Of a DNA stretch of 64,000 nucleotides, positions 12,001 through 17,876 are shown one piece after another (position 1 is the stretch's first letter; every line of letters starts with the position of its first letter). This DNA comes from Candidatus Danuiimicrobium aquiferis. Its GTDB lineage: Bacteria; Omnitrophota; Omnitrophia; Omnitrophales; Danuiimicrobiaceae. The notes under the pieces are model-generated. The model worked only from the letters and a program-made list of their open reading frames with translations. It made no database searches and had not been told where the DNA came from. The translations under genes and the position numbers were made by a program. The DNA lies in contig MHFR01000016.1 of the NCBI GenBank assembly GCA_001804285.1, positions 13,975-77,974 on the forward strand, given 5' to 3'.

Positions 12001-12464
12001 CCGGTGAGCGCGTTAATTTGACTCCGGATCAGCGGAAAACGATTGGGCTGCCGGTGATGTTGAGAAATCAAGTGGATTTCAGAAGATTAAATCCGGAACG
12101 GGTGCTGAGTCAAAGCGTTCTTCCGGTTGTGAGTAAAAACCCCGAATTTCAATTAGGCCCGAACAATCCCGGCTTTTTGGAAGTTGGGGTCGACACCAAC
12201 CGGGTTGATTCCGATCCGTATCTTGAGCTAACAGAATCAGTGCTTCAAATTGTAATCGGTTTATTAGCTGCAGAGAAAATTAAAAAAGTGAAAGATCTCA
12301 CAATCGAGCAAATCAGAGCCGAGCTTTTGAAGGATTTATTTATCGGATACGGAAGCCGGGAAGATATTGTCCGCATTGATCAAGGGCGGCTGATTATTTC
12401 AAGGTTGGCGCTGAGGCTCTTTTTGGAACACGAAATGACGAAACGGGTGGAGATGTCGGCGTAA
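3..12464 (+). CDS. Giant multidomain protein (5'-truncated, >4150 aa); modules separated by 20 R-[SA]-E-[AVL]-R motifs
   Basis: ORF track gives 42..12464, but the frame stays open from nt 3 (gtt ttc cac gaa ...), so the true start is upstream of the window. Modules: TM helices, TPR-like helices, receiver (VLIVEDD...LLILDHDLPG), His-phosphatase (VRHGET, SSPLTR, SHG), class I MTase-like (VVELGP...GYDVN), GNAT-like (FYLKSGF, FYLKLGF). Confidence 0.9.
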   Translation, partial: VFHEFVGERARAFLKERIDWDMNIAEPLAAQDWVSRMSVLVARHKDLIVSSIKDIADLDDTHKVTLSQLGTEWESEKLYPVFDWGSSPNPYRRDLIPFLDVFGKEKLRFRFWRHALRALDAAKESYQLLGDVIWEKWAENLIREATDAGEKTKIIERIIREAEPLEVLKTSIETREMREEIKKLSIFQWPSEILSTIVKHRKGQFDFYGMSEKSRWTRMVETYSLRATLMSLGLGVFFLLINYLLTLSNFGGSLVFRMIGEWSGLVTLVFAFIFVMTGGIVRFVFSTILQRDWKSLMGWDFIILIQRQAKDAQALLDGLYLSGDMDRAHDDLFLAKKEFWTETARFLTLLGFVGIWIVPVFAMQLGLYPSMMVFGPVALVLPFIIIGLQYGKFSAMRKASQKLEAIRRADEEASVNTFNDTHRSEVRFNTPKTGTGSGSTKSEPVPVLGSLYQSAQVSSQFFARAEARQLVRSPVTNQQRTQSLSFPHALSGNLQPWIPASAGMTQKLRAEVRAARKPKIDSQEKVMTAIDPNTHTIFIEARKEILDQFVVNLAKLLSISVEALPVDIQNFLAGSSKSLELGNHYFLRRLSSPADGELARFVFTYHMNNLAYGQQEIFDQNKIWETTQTTFKSVIRGTIGKTRKLVETVEKPISERQFSRWLTGKTSGEAETVRRIREMTEKAGVLSARGDFDQAERYFYKALQLIERHSTVEDLIYKLQAGDDTIPVLLSGEDGLVRGYLRQFMKAPEEAIEDLDRVVEILDIVETEFVRNPVMDASVWVPSLIAAYVELAKACIHDDRVPPGLNAVRRAFELVEQFLEITEASPEIATLFQVLLDGIESMWTVPAFENNALSRDEFIDEPVEAIRIGNQILSEEKFQAQVHPEAVKKFRQLEKDVNDRLKQLQMQYEANSFDWRNWLTGPDFNLNQAVTLLASGPEAQYGLFHYMVHPQFRQVSVVGQQHAFRAMESLVRSERILLSNDYMWERLEALEYVTDRYAMKEFSEFADAVREWRRPRASHPAGIVSQQAAKRSEDVLPIPIKRSAALVRQTIALLERKDVDVLAQSIAHAASLIPVRTRAVNQEDVRKWTHQLEYPKFRNQAEALLVARAKEGDSIKQIAYEATSALGSDGIAASIAAIFLELAKVNQRITIRALVSVSQNRQLGQASLRLLRWFFEDDEDRVLAILRDFASPSEENPLLREKAGLVLAQFVRSEARNTDLSKGDAGAGKEGADELVVQIARLAQEIRNRIEIFIVEDTNFAFQEQELEAIRNAMILLEKLERQSGWKLKKLPPKTEVVTRKFNELTEQVKKYRIALLGSTADEQVAMALPGSKLSIEQLPWGNGFIAQRLEAFKGTLQKRMNTIREATRIIGVGYSSLYGFVRDHPDAAEFYHIRQPVLSPRRGKPSNRAEARHSENSSKELLTKARKSPRDAQEDGARAEVRFEKDSTKEMLYQGERVSSIRSNMDVSRAEVRAKGKSGQLLGIVVRGEDSPLWGQFQAAVIGALQVKRVLEITPANLEIFHYSPLDGEIGVLSVTNNHKQHNDSGSVALVTYSLRVERAKHASAKGGSRKILKISGQDTGSNYQSLGMMRLFYAYLSAFHGINRFVIDVNTAPRFLKRLKAQGFILSIRQKGLFTTVDLNHEKLAAVLRVSRAEARDKGVKTAKKRMNEEAKLRRRAGRLRRNIWNWIAENPVVFKRTRQKYVTNALGRFRKYIDETHVRFERKWLDYLIKKEAEVTRVSLPDQRILRMIFIPLQSFIPFFETHQYPDGDTRGFGFLEVNKRSIGSGFYSYSRTTGDMIIGFRIFQEFREKNNKEVFKAFLNALLRKFHPKRFVVPNQQIHNADTSPAATLFYLKSGFIPYGVSHKIQASVDMRFVQLMEGQRLSLKTIRSLHDRIERHITFTENPWLYEGVWVSPLIKPKNGRSEVHSQPLIDQNDAASTAWPLTASTVSPPRAEARIFHSGILDRGFQTELNGNQVYMKGLDRVASHLLLPKRSEARADRYGIDWDAVARGLSTQLRNIETFVVEATTRKEWAEVTREVEKLINTFKKGVQFAPTEVLKGPSYEQLFFRLNRVVKIVAEETAKMLVSRINSDVLIILAQLSLIVFLFALVSLPVAIGLSALLSIGSVLALTGILRDQNMRKVTASWLAQKQRDIDDLAANGRKEDAFRTERSEARTETSGQPQKFWVPHRVLIVEDDDVSARFYKAQIRAFWNLNEDQIDIVSSGDEAVLRFYPEYPATYDLLILDHDLPGEIHGKDVLALARLKSKQTMIVFNSANSVARQSVRDSGLADLVVPGKIGVEKDLSDPKSDISVWLRETNSIASSRRSEARSEFPLNQEEERILRELGMSVDEKTGKLFYIDRTGEPRVELEADVSIVRHGETLLIEQSRKDGLQRFQGALDGPENQLSEEGKRQAEESALKLYQELIEERKLDPRELILVSSPLTRVLDTLQAFIDLVKERTGYELKITRDEELERLAIEISFGAYENLTEPEIRAMGEKDYQLARAFRNGHALVRFPAGEKPGESFVQDLVRAYYLTKYINEHYRGKHVVLGSHGTTSGAMRVIQKDPAMFNADGFVDWRTNMLKPAQVFHLSKMSRRAPSQKGWSDKELLGLARRAWNLGYQPEEKSERPVPDVMGLIAKQLAVEDNQKTRRPEAPNEIARANSSEGIQRQIKAINDSLVKLRRMELDLLTRLRYPTEHTFPYWRNISEKELRAELEAVRAQIAKLDTTANALRDKLGRSEVRNINNSSGFRVSGSELNSQLGTRDSKLKTSAEGGRAEVRQVKRLVNFNRIVDYLKKQKISQQALHYLNEMRFDFQIHMTDESNVLKRFDFSALDEEDRLVLQEALNKWVEIFQQCKAYINGEAWVRYSRVLEFLLAEYGGLEKLRGKKVVELGPSDRDGLLRFLKDSGIDSIGYDVNPAVQNDLVKPADFFRVAEDYAPNTVEVVFSVDSLTVPYMIQASGYSRNEVYRTENMNRLMKDLNRMMTSTGTVIFEMEPVQDLDTSGFAIIEQPLMDLRGFWVFKIQRAEVRNLADQKGDRHMTPVEQLPVPFLANQGERVSSQPFARAEARAESQPFFVERKMPFVEMVQALPELSEELKAQFDYARAIYFGDKNRAADLWKSLAEHGYKLIGGKWYAMVFSVKITLAGASIEPLQPDSFFSHLQVVLGHELKHLDPALAMKLYEHLGYFFSNMKVDPRILPTVFDLDLSRAYYSEGTLPDGKVLTHVIFPNTINRSVSTSDYVSEFFFVDGVFYAYGAMHDFWSNAELEESFSVLEAENGNAIGRGVPHLARDVYEARLKTILKILPGRVVRVPSAQFSLKADGHSALIFYLKLGFRPRPLPEDIDLRSKVDDWMAKLDSDPKLRIPEREIERFLLRMGEKNLYYIPPEMLRRAEARLNSVNSTTALSQLLNKKDLLNEAIGLSWLPINMFSHSQWKAMAASGDALRHRSELRAGLPELNGEIPGEFTPKQVARKIRQFSKQAFEEKERGKKFNLVLTQTEEQLPEEVTVTARNLDARMRRVNRFLAGFPKGYRFKLYFVNAQIPVLIVSQAQEIPAGAIVKADVLMNKLKHANDALVNIMMTLNQSKNLVTKGNLTHLRRQLAIVRQIYDDQEGMLKKEFQKAYANADKTDFLLMFMLAGALKAVAHIVDQGSPKLPQPVNFTNLLQSLMPMTKAFDYPIQVTDDTSILNRSEVRLMQPMMENAAEMKTARPSATQPSSVEQLENARDYLNPALSSSRVTRFAKSGIEAPTTSSTATRRVSTEINRSSTPPRRSLTSSISVRSAPKPSATTRKSLLRSSTNTPTSRAVKSDVMAITPSLSAGDRNLADKPEVVNINQDHNNIEFKSTVEIPTLPRNDERLISDSSINQAADHVALAIAPESVSLNPGDEIQPADVQRELVILKEVDVDVFSEKLRAAVIKKLKELNPQVDVEIVDPEIVKQLTGNWIDLLAEKLSGKLSIAFEMSGQLTVDKIVEAFQAEGFRGRIKNLILTGERVNLTPDQRKTIGLPVMLRNQVDFRRLNPERVLSQSVLPVVSKNPEFQLGPNNPGFLEVGVDTNRVDSDPYLELTESVLQIVIGLLAAEKIKKVKDLTIEQIRAELLKDLFIGYGSREDIVRIDQGRLIISRLALRLFLEHEMTKRVEMSA
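1293..1348. repeat. Perfect 22-bp inverted repeat (GGGGACAGG/CCTGTCCCC type), inside the giant ORF
   Basis: cccaaaacggggacaggttctg ... cagaacctgtccccgttttggg; a related 18-bp IR is at 9125-9180. Confidence 0.9.
1453..1517. repeat. REP-like TGTCATTCCCGC...GCGGGGATGACA element, in frame inside the giant ORF
   Basis: Same family as the copies at 17495-17565, 20182-20209, 22564-22597, 23641-23745, 27769-27878 and 32232-32340. Confidence 0.9.
9125..9180. repeat. Perfect 18-bp inverted repeat (GGGGACAGG type), inside the giant ORF
   Basis: ccaaaaaggggacaggca ... tgcctgtcccctttttgg. Confidence 0.9.
11210..11464 (-). CDS. Nested antisense small coiled-coil protein (84 aa, MTSDFTAREVGVLVEDLKSDFRVVAEG...)
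   Basis: Amphipathic heptad-patterned sequence; SD-like GAAGGTG 8 nt before the ATG; upstream sigma70 promoter. The + frame here is an unnatural S/T/R-rich stretch typical of an antisense read. Confidence 0.7.
   Translation of the reverse strand: MTSDFTAREVGVLVEDLKSDFRVVAEGLGALRTDMDEVKERLGGVEERLISVETRLVAVEDVVGASIPDLAKRVTRLELKAGFK
11499..11527 (-). promoter_or_regulatory. sigma70-type promoter of the nested antisense gene
   Basis: Minus strand reads TTGACA-N17-TAAATT, with TGn directly before the -10. Confidence 0.7.
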
Positions 12465-12482
12465 TTGATTCTGTGAATTAAT

Positions 12483-12673
12483 ATGAAGAAAAAAGAATGC
12501 TCGCTGCTCGGCACTGACTTACATTGAAAATATTTAAAAGTTTTCTTATTTCGGTAGTCAGTACCGCCCTTGAGCTATTCAATAAAATCTTTCTTAAGGA
12601 AGCTCAATGGGCGGACATATCTGCGCTCCAGTGGGTGCTCGATAACTCGCTTCGAGCATTCTTTTTTCTTCAT
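12483..12673. repeat. MITE-like element with 21-bp perfect terminal IR
   Basis: atgaagaaaaaagaatgctcg / cgagcattcttttttcttcat, with internal hairpins. Confidence 0.75.
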
Positions 12674-12720
12674 CTGTTCCGCCTCTCCGCCATCATAGAA
12701 GGTAAAATTTGTGAAAAAGG

Positions 12721-12825
12721 AAGCCGTACAACAAGTTATCTATCCACGAGTTCGGAAAAAGCGGAGGGAATTCACTCATTAGCTTTTTACGCTGTCTGAG
12801 TGGGAGATAACTTGTTGTACGGCTT
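12721..12825. repeat. MITE-like element with 21-bp perfect terminal IR
   Basis: aagccgtacaacaagttatct / agataacttgttgtacggctt. Confidence 0.75.
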
Positions 12826-12891
12826 TTAGATCTATTGTTTAAATATTCTAAACCATTTCATATCAACACTTTACGATTTATTTTAATTTTT

Positions 12892-12921
12892 TTGACATTT
12901 ACTCTATAAGTTTGATATAAT
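12892..12921 (+). promoter_or_regulatory. sigma70 promoter of rplM-rpsI
   Basis: TTGACA-N18-TATAAT with extended TG. Confidence 0.75.
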
Positions 12922-12996
12922 TCCCGCCTTTCTCGCATCCAATAAGGAGCGGGGGTTACACTTTAAAATCAGCAAAGGAAGTTCGGGTTAGACGTT

Positions 12997-13425
12997 ATGC
13001 AAAAAACATTTATTCCAAAACGAAAAGATATTAAAGAAGAGTGCTATCTCATTGATGCACACAATAAAATTTTAGGCCGGCTTGCCACGCAAATTGCAAA
13101 TCTCCTGATGGGAAAAGGGAAAGTTTGTTACGTGAAGCATGTTCAGTGCGGAGATCGTGTCGTGATCACCAATGCGAAGGGCGTGAAAGTAACGGGCCGA
13201 AAAGCGGATACAAAAACATACGCTCATTACACCGGATATCCGGGCGGCTACGAAGAGTTGCCATTCAAAGAAGTTTTGTCGAAACATCCCGAGCGGATTA
13301 TTGAAGAAGCGGTGAAACGGATGCTTCCCAAAAACCGATTGCGGGCGAAATTATTAAAAAGACTTCATATATATGCTGGCGCTGAACACGAACAAGCAGC
13401 GCATAAGCCAGTCGTGTTGAATTAA
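12997..13425 (+). CDS. rplM: 50S ribosomal protein L13
   Basis: LIDA..ILGRLATQIA, GDRVVITNA, YTGYPGG, AVKRMLPKN. Confidence 0.98.
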   Translation: MQKTFIPKRKDIKEECYLIDAHNKILGRLATQIANLLMGKGKVCYVKHVQCGDRVVITNAKGVKVTGRKADTKTYAHYTGYPGGYEELPFKEVLSKHPERIIEEAVKRMLPKNRLRAKLLKRLHIYAGAEHEQAAHKPVVLN

Positions 13426-13446
13426 TTAAGGAGAGAGTGGGTACTC

Positions 13447-13881
13447 ATGGAAGAAATCGTTCAAAATCAAGAATCAAAAAAAGTAACAAAAGTGCCGGGG
13501 TCTTATTATGCAACCGGCCGGCGCAAGAGATCAATCGCGCGTGTGTGGTTATTTGATGGGACCAAAGACATCAGTGTCAATGGAAGGACAATGGAAGACT
13601 TTTTCCCGCGAGAAACGCACCGCATGATTATTCGTCAACCCTTTGAGGCTACGAAGCTGACTGATCGGTTCGGGATTCGTGCAAGCGTCGAAGGTGGCGG
13701 CGGGAGCGGACAGGCAGGTGCGGTTCGGCTTGGGATTGCGCGTGCTCTTATTGTTTTCGATGAAAAATTAAAAACCGTTTTGAGAAAAGCGGGTTTGGTG
13801 ACGCGGGATCCTCGCGAGCGTGAACGGAAAAAGTATGGAAAGAAAGGCGCCCGCAGAAGTTTCCAATATACGAAGCGATAA
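13447..13881 (+). CDS. rpsI: 30S ribosomal protein S9
   Basis: ATGRRKRSIARV, GGGGSGQAGAVRLGIARAL, TRDPRERERKKYG. Confidence 0.98.
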   Translation: MEEIVQNQESKKVTKVPGSYYATGRRKRSIARVWLFDGTKDISVNGRTMEDFFPRETHRMIIRQPFEATKLTDRFGIRASVEGGGGSGQAGAVRLGIARALIVFDEKLKTVLRKAGLVTRDPRERERKKYGKKGARRSFQYTKR

Positions 13882-13900
13882 TCAGTCGCTTATTTCCGTT

Positions 13901-14032
13901 ATGGAGAAATTGAATTGGTGGTTGGTTGCGTTTTTGTTGTGTGTGGTGTTGATTGTCTCGAGCGGGTGCGCGGCCTTTCTTGAAGATTACAGCTATAATC
14001 CCATCGGAAGCGGTTACTCAAGTAATAACTAA
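13901..14032 (+). CDS. Small putative lipoprotein (43 aa)
   Basis: Hydrophobic signal followed by a lipobox-like VSSGC; fills the gap between rpsI and the AsmA-like gene. Confidence 0.55.
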   Translation: MEKLNWWLVAFLLCVVLIVSSGCAAFLEDYSYNPIGSGYSSNN

Positions 14033-14056
14033 GTCTTTTTCAAAGCAGTCCATTTC

Positions 14057-16681
14057 ATGAAGGGACATTCAATGCGGCGCGGTCTCTTTGTTGTGATAAC
14101 CGCGGTTTTTATTGTGGTTGTCATTTTTTTCTTTGCGCTTCCGTTTGTTGTTCGTCCTGCATTTTTACAAAATCTCATTCGAGAGCGGGTGGAAGCCCGT
14201 CTTGGGTTGACGCCTTCCTTTCAAACTTATCGGGTTTCTTTATGGCCGCTTCCCGTGTTGCATTTTAATGTATGTAAGCTAACCAATTCTCAAGAGCGCA
14301 ATGCCCTGCCGGTTTTGGAAGCGGAACGCGTGAGTTTTCGGCCGAGCATTCTTCCGCTTTTTGGGGGACGCGTCGAATTTGCCCAAATTTCATTAGTTAA
14401 TTCTAAAATCCGTTTTCCGCTCCGGATATTTGATAAGAAATTAGACAAGCAACTCGTTCTGGAAAATATTTCATTAAATTTATGGAATGTCCGCTCTCGT
14501 AACCGTGTCCGGTATAATTTGCAGGGAAAAATGTGGAGCGGCATTGATAATATTCGATCGAAAGGGGAGTTTCAATTTGACTTTGACAAATTCGATTTGA
14601 AAGACCTTTTCTTCGAAAGCGATTTTTCGATAGAAAAAATAAAGTGGCAGAAATGGGTTGAATGGTTTGGTGTGTTGCCGATAGACCTTCTCGATGGAGA
14701 ATCTTCGTTGATGGGAAGGGTGAAGAAAAGTCCGGGGAGCAAAGCGTTTACGATCGACGGGCTTGGGCAAGTGAAGAATATGGTTTATCAATCCAAAGAT
14801 AAACTCACCAAAAGTTATCCTACCGATTACGATATTCAAGCACAGGCCGAGTTTGATGTGGAAAAAGGTTTTGTAAGGCTAAAGGATGGCATCTTGAACG
14901 CGCCTTTTACAAAAAAAATTCAAGTAAGCGGAAAATTTATTTATGGCACCGGTGTGTTCGAGGAATTGTTATTAAAAGCCGAATCGCTCCGGTTTGATTT
15001 GCTCCCGCTCCACATTCTTTCTTTTGCGGATATATTTCCCGTGAACCTGGGGCTTTCCGGCGAAAGCGGATTGGATTGTTATGTGAAAGGGAATTTAGCG
15101 GAGCTATCCATTAATGCGCATCTTGATTTAACAAAAAACGTCGTGAATTATTCGACTTATTTTTCGAAACCGGCGGATACGCCTCTTATTTTGGGGTGGG
15201 ATTTGAAATTGTTTTTAGGTCGCTTGCTCAGAGGAGATTTTTCTATTAATTTTGATAAAGCTTCGGCGAAAGGGTCCCTTGTTGATTTTGATTTGCGGAG
15301 TTCGACGGGCGAAATGACAGTAATGACGAATAATTTTATAGTTGATGGCTGGCAAAAATATTTTCCATCAATTCAAAATGTTGAATTTACAGGTGGGCTA
15401 AAAGTCTTTTCCAGTGCCAAAGGAAATTTTAAGGAAATCTCAAAACTAAAGTGCATGAACAATCTTACTTTTTCAGATGTGAACGTGAAGGCAGCCAATG
15501 GTGCATTGCTTGAAAAATTAAACGGCTTGATTGACTTCGGCCCTTTTGAAGCGGAAATGAAAGATGTGAAGTTTAACATGGGCGGGGCATCTTTTGCGAT
15601 GCAGGGAAAAATGCTGCGGCAAGTTGACGCGACGTGGCTTTTTCAGATTGATTCGGAACAATTTCACATGATCAAGTTGATTGATCAAGCCGAGAAAATA
15701 TCAAATGCGATTCAATTATTTGGCAAAACGAAATGGGATTCCGTACCGATTCAAAATTCGCTGCGCGAATGGCTTGCGGGCGGTGACATATTTGATCGCT
15801 TAAGCGTTCAGGTTGGATATCGGCCGGGACAGCTTGGGATTCCGGAAGCGCATTTTGATGCTTACGGAGGAACGGTTTCGGGAAAAGCGCTTTTTGAGCT
15901 TGCCGCGGAAAAACCATCTTCAAAATTTGAATTGCAGTTTGAAAAGCTTAATTTGGTACGGATGCAGGGTGAAAAAGAAAACCTGCTTGTCGAAGGAAAT
16001 TTGTTTGGAGCGGCGCATTTTGCAAGTGATGGGCCGTTTGATGCCGGATGGCTTGACCGGTTAAAAGGAGAAGGAACGGTTGGCGTGACAAACGGGGAGT
16101 TCCGGACATTTGATCTTGTGGGCGAATTGGGGAAAATCGCGGAACTTGCGATGCTTCTAAATTACGGGACCAAAACAACAAAATTTAATGATGTACGTTG
16201 CGTTTTTTCGATCGGCGATAAAAAAGCTTCGTCCAAAGATATTTTTCTTGTTTCCGACGACCTTGAAATTAATGGAGAAGGGGATATCGATTTCAGCGGC
16301 AATTTAAATACGCGGCTTTCGATTTATTTAATGCCGTCGATGGGCGGGAAGGTGACGAATAAAATTAGCCAGGATGACCGTCTTGGGCCGATTCCTCTGT
16401 TGCTTACGGGGACGCTTAAGAAACCGATGATTCAAAAAGATGCCATCGCGCTTCAAACTTTTCTTGATCTATTTTCGCAAGGACAATTTTCGAAGATTGT
16501 TTCGGCCATTACGCGAAAGCGATTACCGAAAAAAGAATCCGCCGAAACAAAAGATGCATCAAATTCTTCAGGTAAGAAGAAAGAAAATCAACCCGCCGCT
16601 TCTGAGCTTACTCAACAAATCTTAGATACCGGATTTGGACTTCTCGATCAGTTTCTTGCGAAGCGGGGAACCGCTTCTTAA
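14057..16681 (+). CDS. AsmA-family envelope protein
   Basis: N-terminal TM anchor, beta-rich body, AsmA-like C-terminus (AYGGTVSG, GEGDIDFSG, IPLLLTGTLKKP). Confidence 0.8.
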   Translation: MKGHSMRRGLFVVITAVFIVVVIFFFALPFVVRPAFLQNLIRERVEARLGLTPSFQTYRVSLWPLPVLHFNVCKLTNSQERNALPVLEAERVSFRPSILPLFGGRVEFAQISLVNSKIRFPLRIFDKKLDKQLVLENISLNLWNVRSRNRVRYNLQGKMWSGIDNIRSKGEFQFDFDKFDLKDLFFESDFSIEKIKWQKWVEWFGVLPIDLLDGESSLMGRVKKSPGSKAFTIDGLGQVKNMVYQSKDKLTKSYPTDYDIQAQAEFDVEKGFVRLKDGILNAPFTKKIQVSGKFIYGTGVFEELLLKAESLRFDLLPLHILSFADIFPVNLGLSGESGLDCYVKGNLAELSINAHLDLTKNVVNYSTYFSKPADTPLILGWDLKLFLGRLLRGDFSINFDKASAKGSLVDFDLRSSTGEMTVMTNNFIVDGWQKYFPSIQNVEFTGGLKVFSSAKGNFKEISKLKCMNNLTFSDVNVKAANGALLEKLNGLIDFGPFEAEMKDVKFNMGGASFAMQGKMLRQVDATWLFQIDSEQFHMIKLIDQAEKISNAIQLFGKTKWDSVPIQNSLREWLAGGDIFDRLSVQVGYRPGQLGIPEAHFDAYGGTVSGKALFELAAEKPSSKFELQFEKLNLVRMQGEKENLLVEGNLFGAAHFASDGPFDAGWLDRLKGEGTVGVTNGEFRTFDLVGELGKIAELAMLLNYGTKTTKFNDVRCVFSIGDKKASSKDIFLVSDDLEINGEGDIDFSGNLNTRLSIYLMPSMGGKVTNKISQDDRLGPIPLLLTGTLKKPMIQKDAIALQTFLDLFSQGQFSKIVSAITRKRLPKKESAETKDASNSSGKKKENQPAASELTQQILDTGFGLLDQFLAKRGTAS

Positions 16682-17356
16682 TTTTTTTAGCAAGCCTGCA
16701 GCTGCTTTTGCTTCCGCTTCCTTTAATGTCCGACCTTTTCCTTTCGAACGCATTTTCCCGTGAATGCTGACCCACGCTGTAAATTGGTGTTTTTCTTTAT
16801 GGCCGATTTCATAGCTTGGCAGGATGTGCAGTTCTTTTTGCACGTATTCCTGTAGCGTGCTTTTGGGGTTGGGGTCAATTCGAAACAATTTTTTCTGATC
16901 AAAATAAGTATTAAAGTGTTTTGCTAAAAATTCTTCGGTTTTTTTCAGGCCACGATCATAATAAATGGCCGCAACCAATGCTTCAAACGAATCGGCCAGA
17001 ATTTTTTCTTTGAGGAGAGAAAATTGTTTTTTTTCATGCTTGCCGATGTCCAGAAATCTGTGAAGTTTTATCGTTTTTCCGATTTTGGCGAGTACCCTTC
17101 GTGAAACAAGGATGGAGCGCAACCGGCTGAGAAGGCCTTCGTCAGCATCGGGAAATAGCTTGTAAAGTCTTCTTGCGATAAAAAAATTTAAAACAGAATC
17201 GCCGAGGAACTCGAGACGCTGAAAACACGCTACGGGTTTTACGGAGACGCACTCATTCCGATAAGACGGATGTGTCAGCGCAGCTTCGATCAATTTCTTA
17301 TTTCGAAAGGAGAAACCCACAGCTTTTCTTAGTTTTGCGATTGTTTGTTTTGCCAT
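16622..17356 (-). CDS. rnc: Ribonuclease III
   Basis: ALTHPSY, QRLEFLGDSVL, ADSFEALVAAIY, dsRBD NPKSTLQEY. Confidence 0.97.
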   Translation of the reverse strand: MAKQTIAKLRKAVGFSFRNKKLIEAALTHPSYRNECVSVKPVACFQRLEFLGDSVLNFFIARRLYKLFPDADEGLLSRLRSILVSRRVLAKIGKTIKLHRFLDIGKHEKKQFSLLKEKILADSFEALVAAIYYDRGLKKTEEFLAKHFNTYFDQKKLFRIDPNPKSTLQEYVQKELHILPSYEIGHKEKHQFTAWVSIHGKMRSKGKGRTLKEAEAKAAAGLLKKLRSGSPLRKKLIEKSKSGI

Positions 17357-17417
17357 AGATTAAAATAAGGTGTTAAATTTTGAATGGATTATGCTCAAGT
17401 TGACATAACCTATTCAT

Positions 17418-17446
17418 TTGACAAAAGATAAGCAATTTTTTATAAT
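17418..17446 (+). promoter_or_regulatory. sigma70 promoter upstream of the arg operon
   Basis: Exact TTGACA-N17-TATAAT. Confidence 0.8.
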
Positions 17447-17494
17447 ATCGACTCACATTTTTTTAACTTAAATGATTTGAACTCTGCAAATTTC

Positions 17495-17565
17495 TGTCAT
17501 TCCCGTAAGCTTTAAGCGGGAATCCAGAAAAACATGGATCCCCGATAAAAACATTCGGGGATGAC
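17495..17565. repeat. REP-like palindromic element
   Basis: tgtcattcccg...gcgggaatcc...ggatccccg...cggggatgaca. Confidence 0.85.
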
Positions 17566-17876
17566 AAATTAGTAATTGTCAAAGAGTTGTGATTATTACG
17601 CCATAAAAAGTGCAGAACTCAAGTTAAATGATTAATCACTATTGGTAATAAAGATATCGGATTCCTCTGGTTTTTTTAATTTCATTTACAATAAAAAAGA
17701 GTATTTCTTTAGCGTTTTGAAGTTGACAGGACTCCAATACCCTTCCGCCAAACAGCGCGTCGGATCCGCCTCTGACGGAAACCCTCTCCCTCAGGGAGAG
17801 GGCAGGGGTGAGGGCGATTTCAGTCATTTGATATCTGATAATTTTGATACAGAAACAAATAATCCGTGAGGTTTTT

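Noticed and set aside
3-12464. Inteins as the explanation for the modules
   Set aside because: No C/S...HN-C/S/T splice-junction pattern at the motif boundaries.
12524-12799. 91-aa ORF after the giant gene
   Set aside because: It spans the IR elements, has a TTG start with no RBS, and does not look like a protein.
17378-17418. Possible ARG boxes upstream of the arg promoter
   Set aside because: Only a loose match with wrong spacing, and no argR in the window.
17639-17869. Short ORFs on both strands before argC
   Set aside because: They are translations of palindromic repeats (PLPQGEG / PALSLRER).
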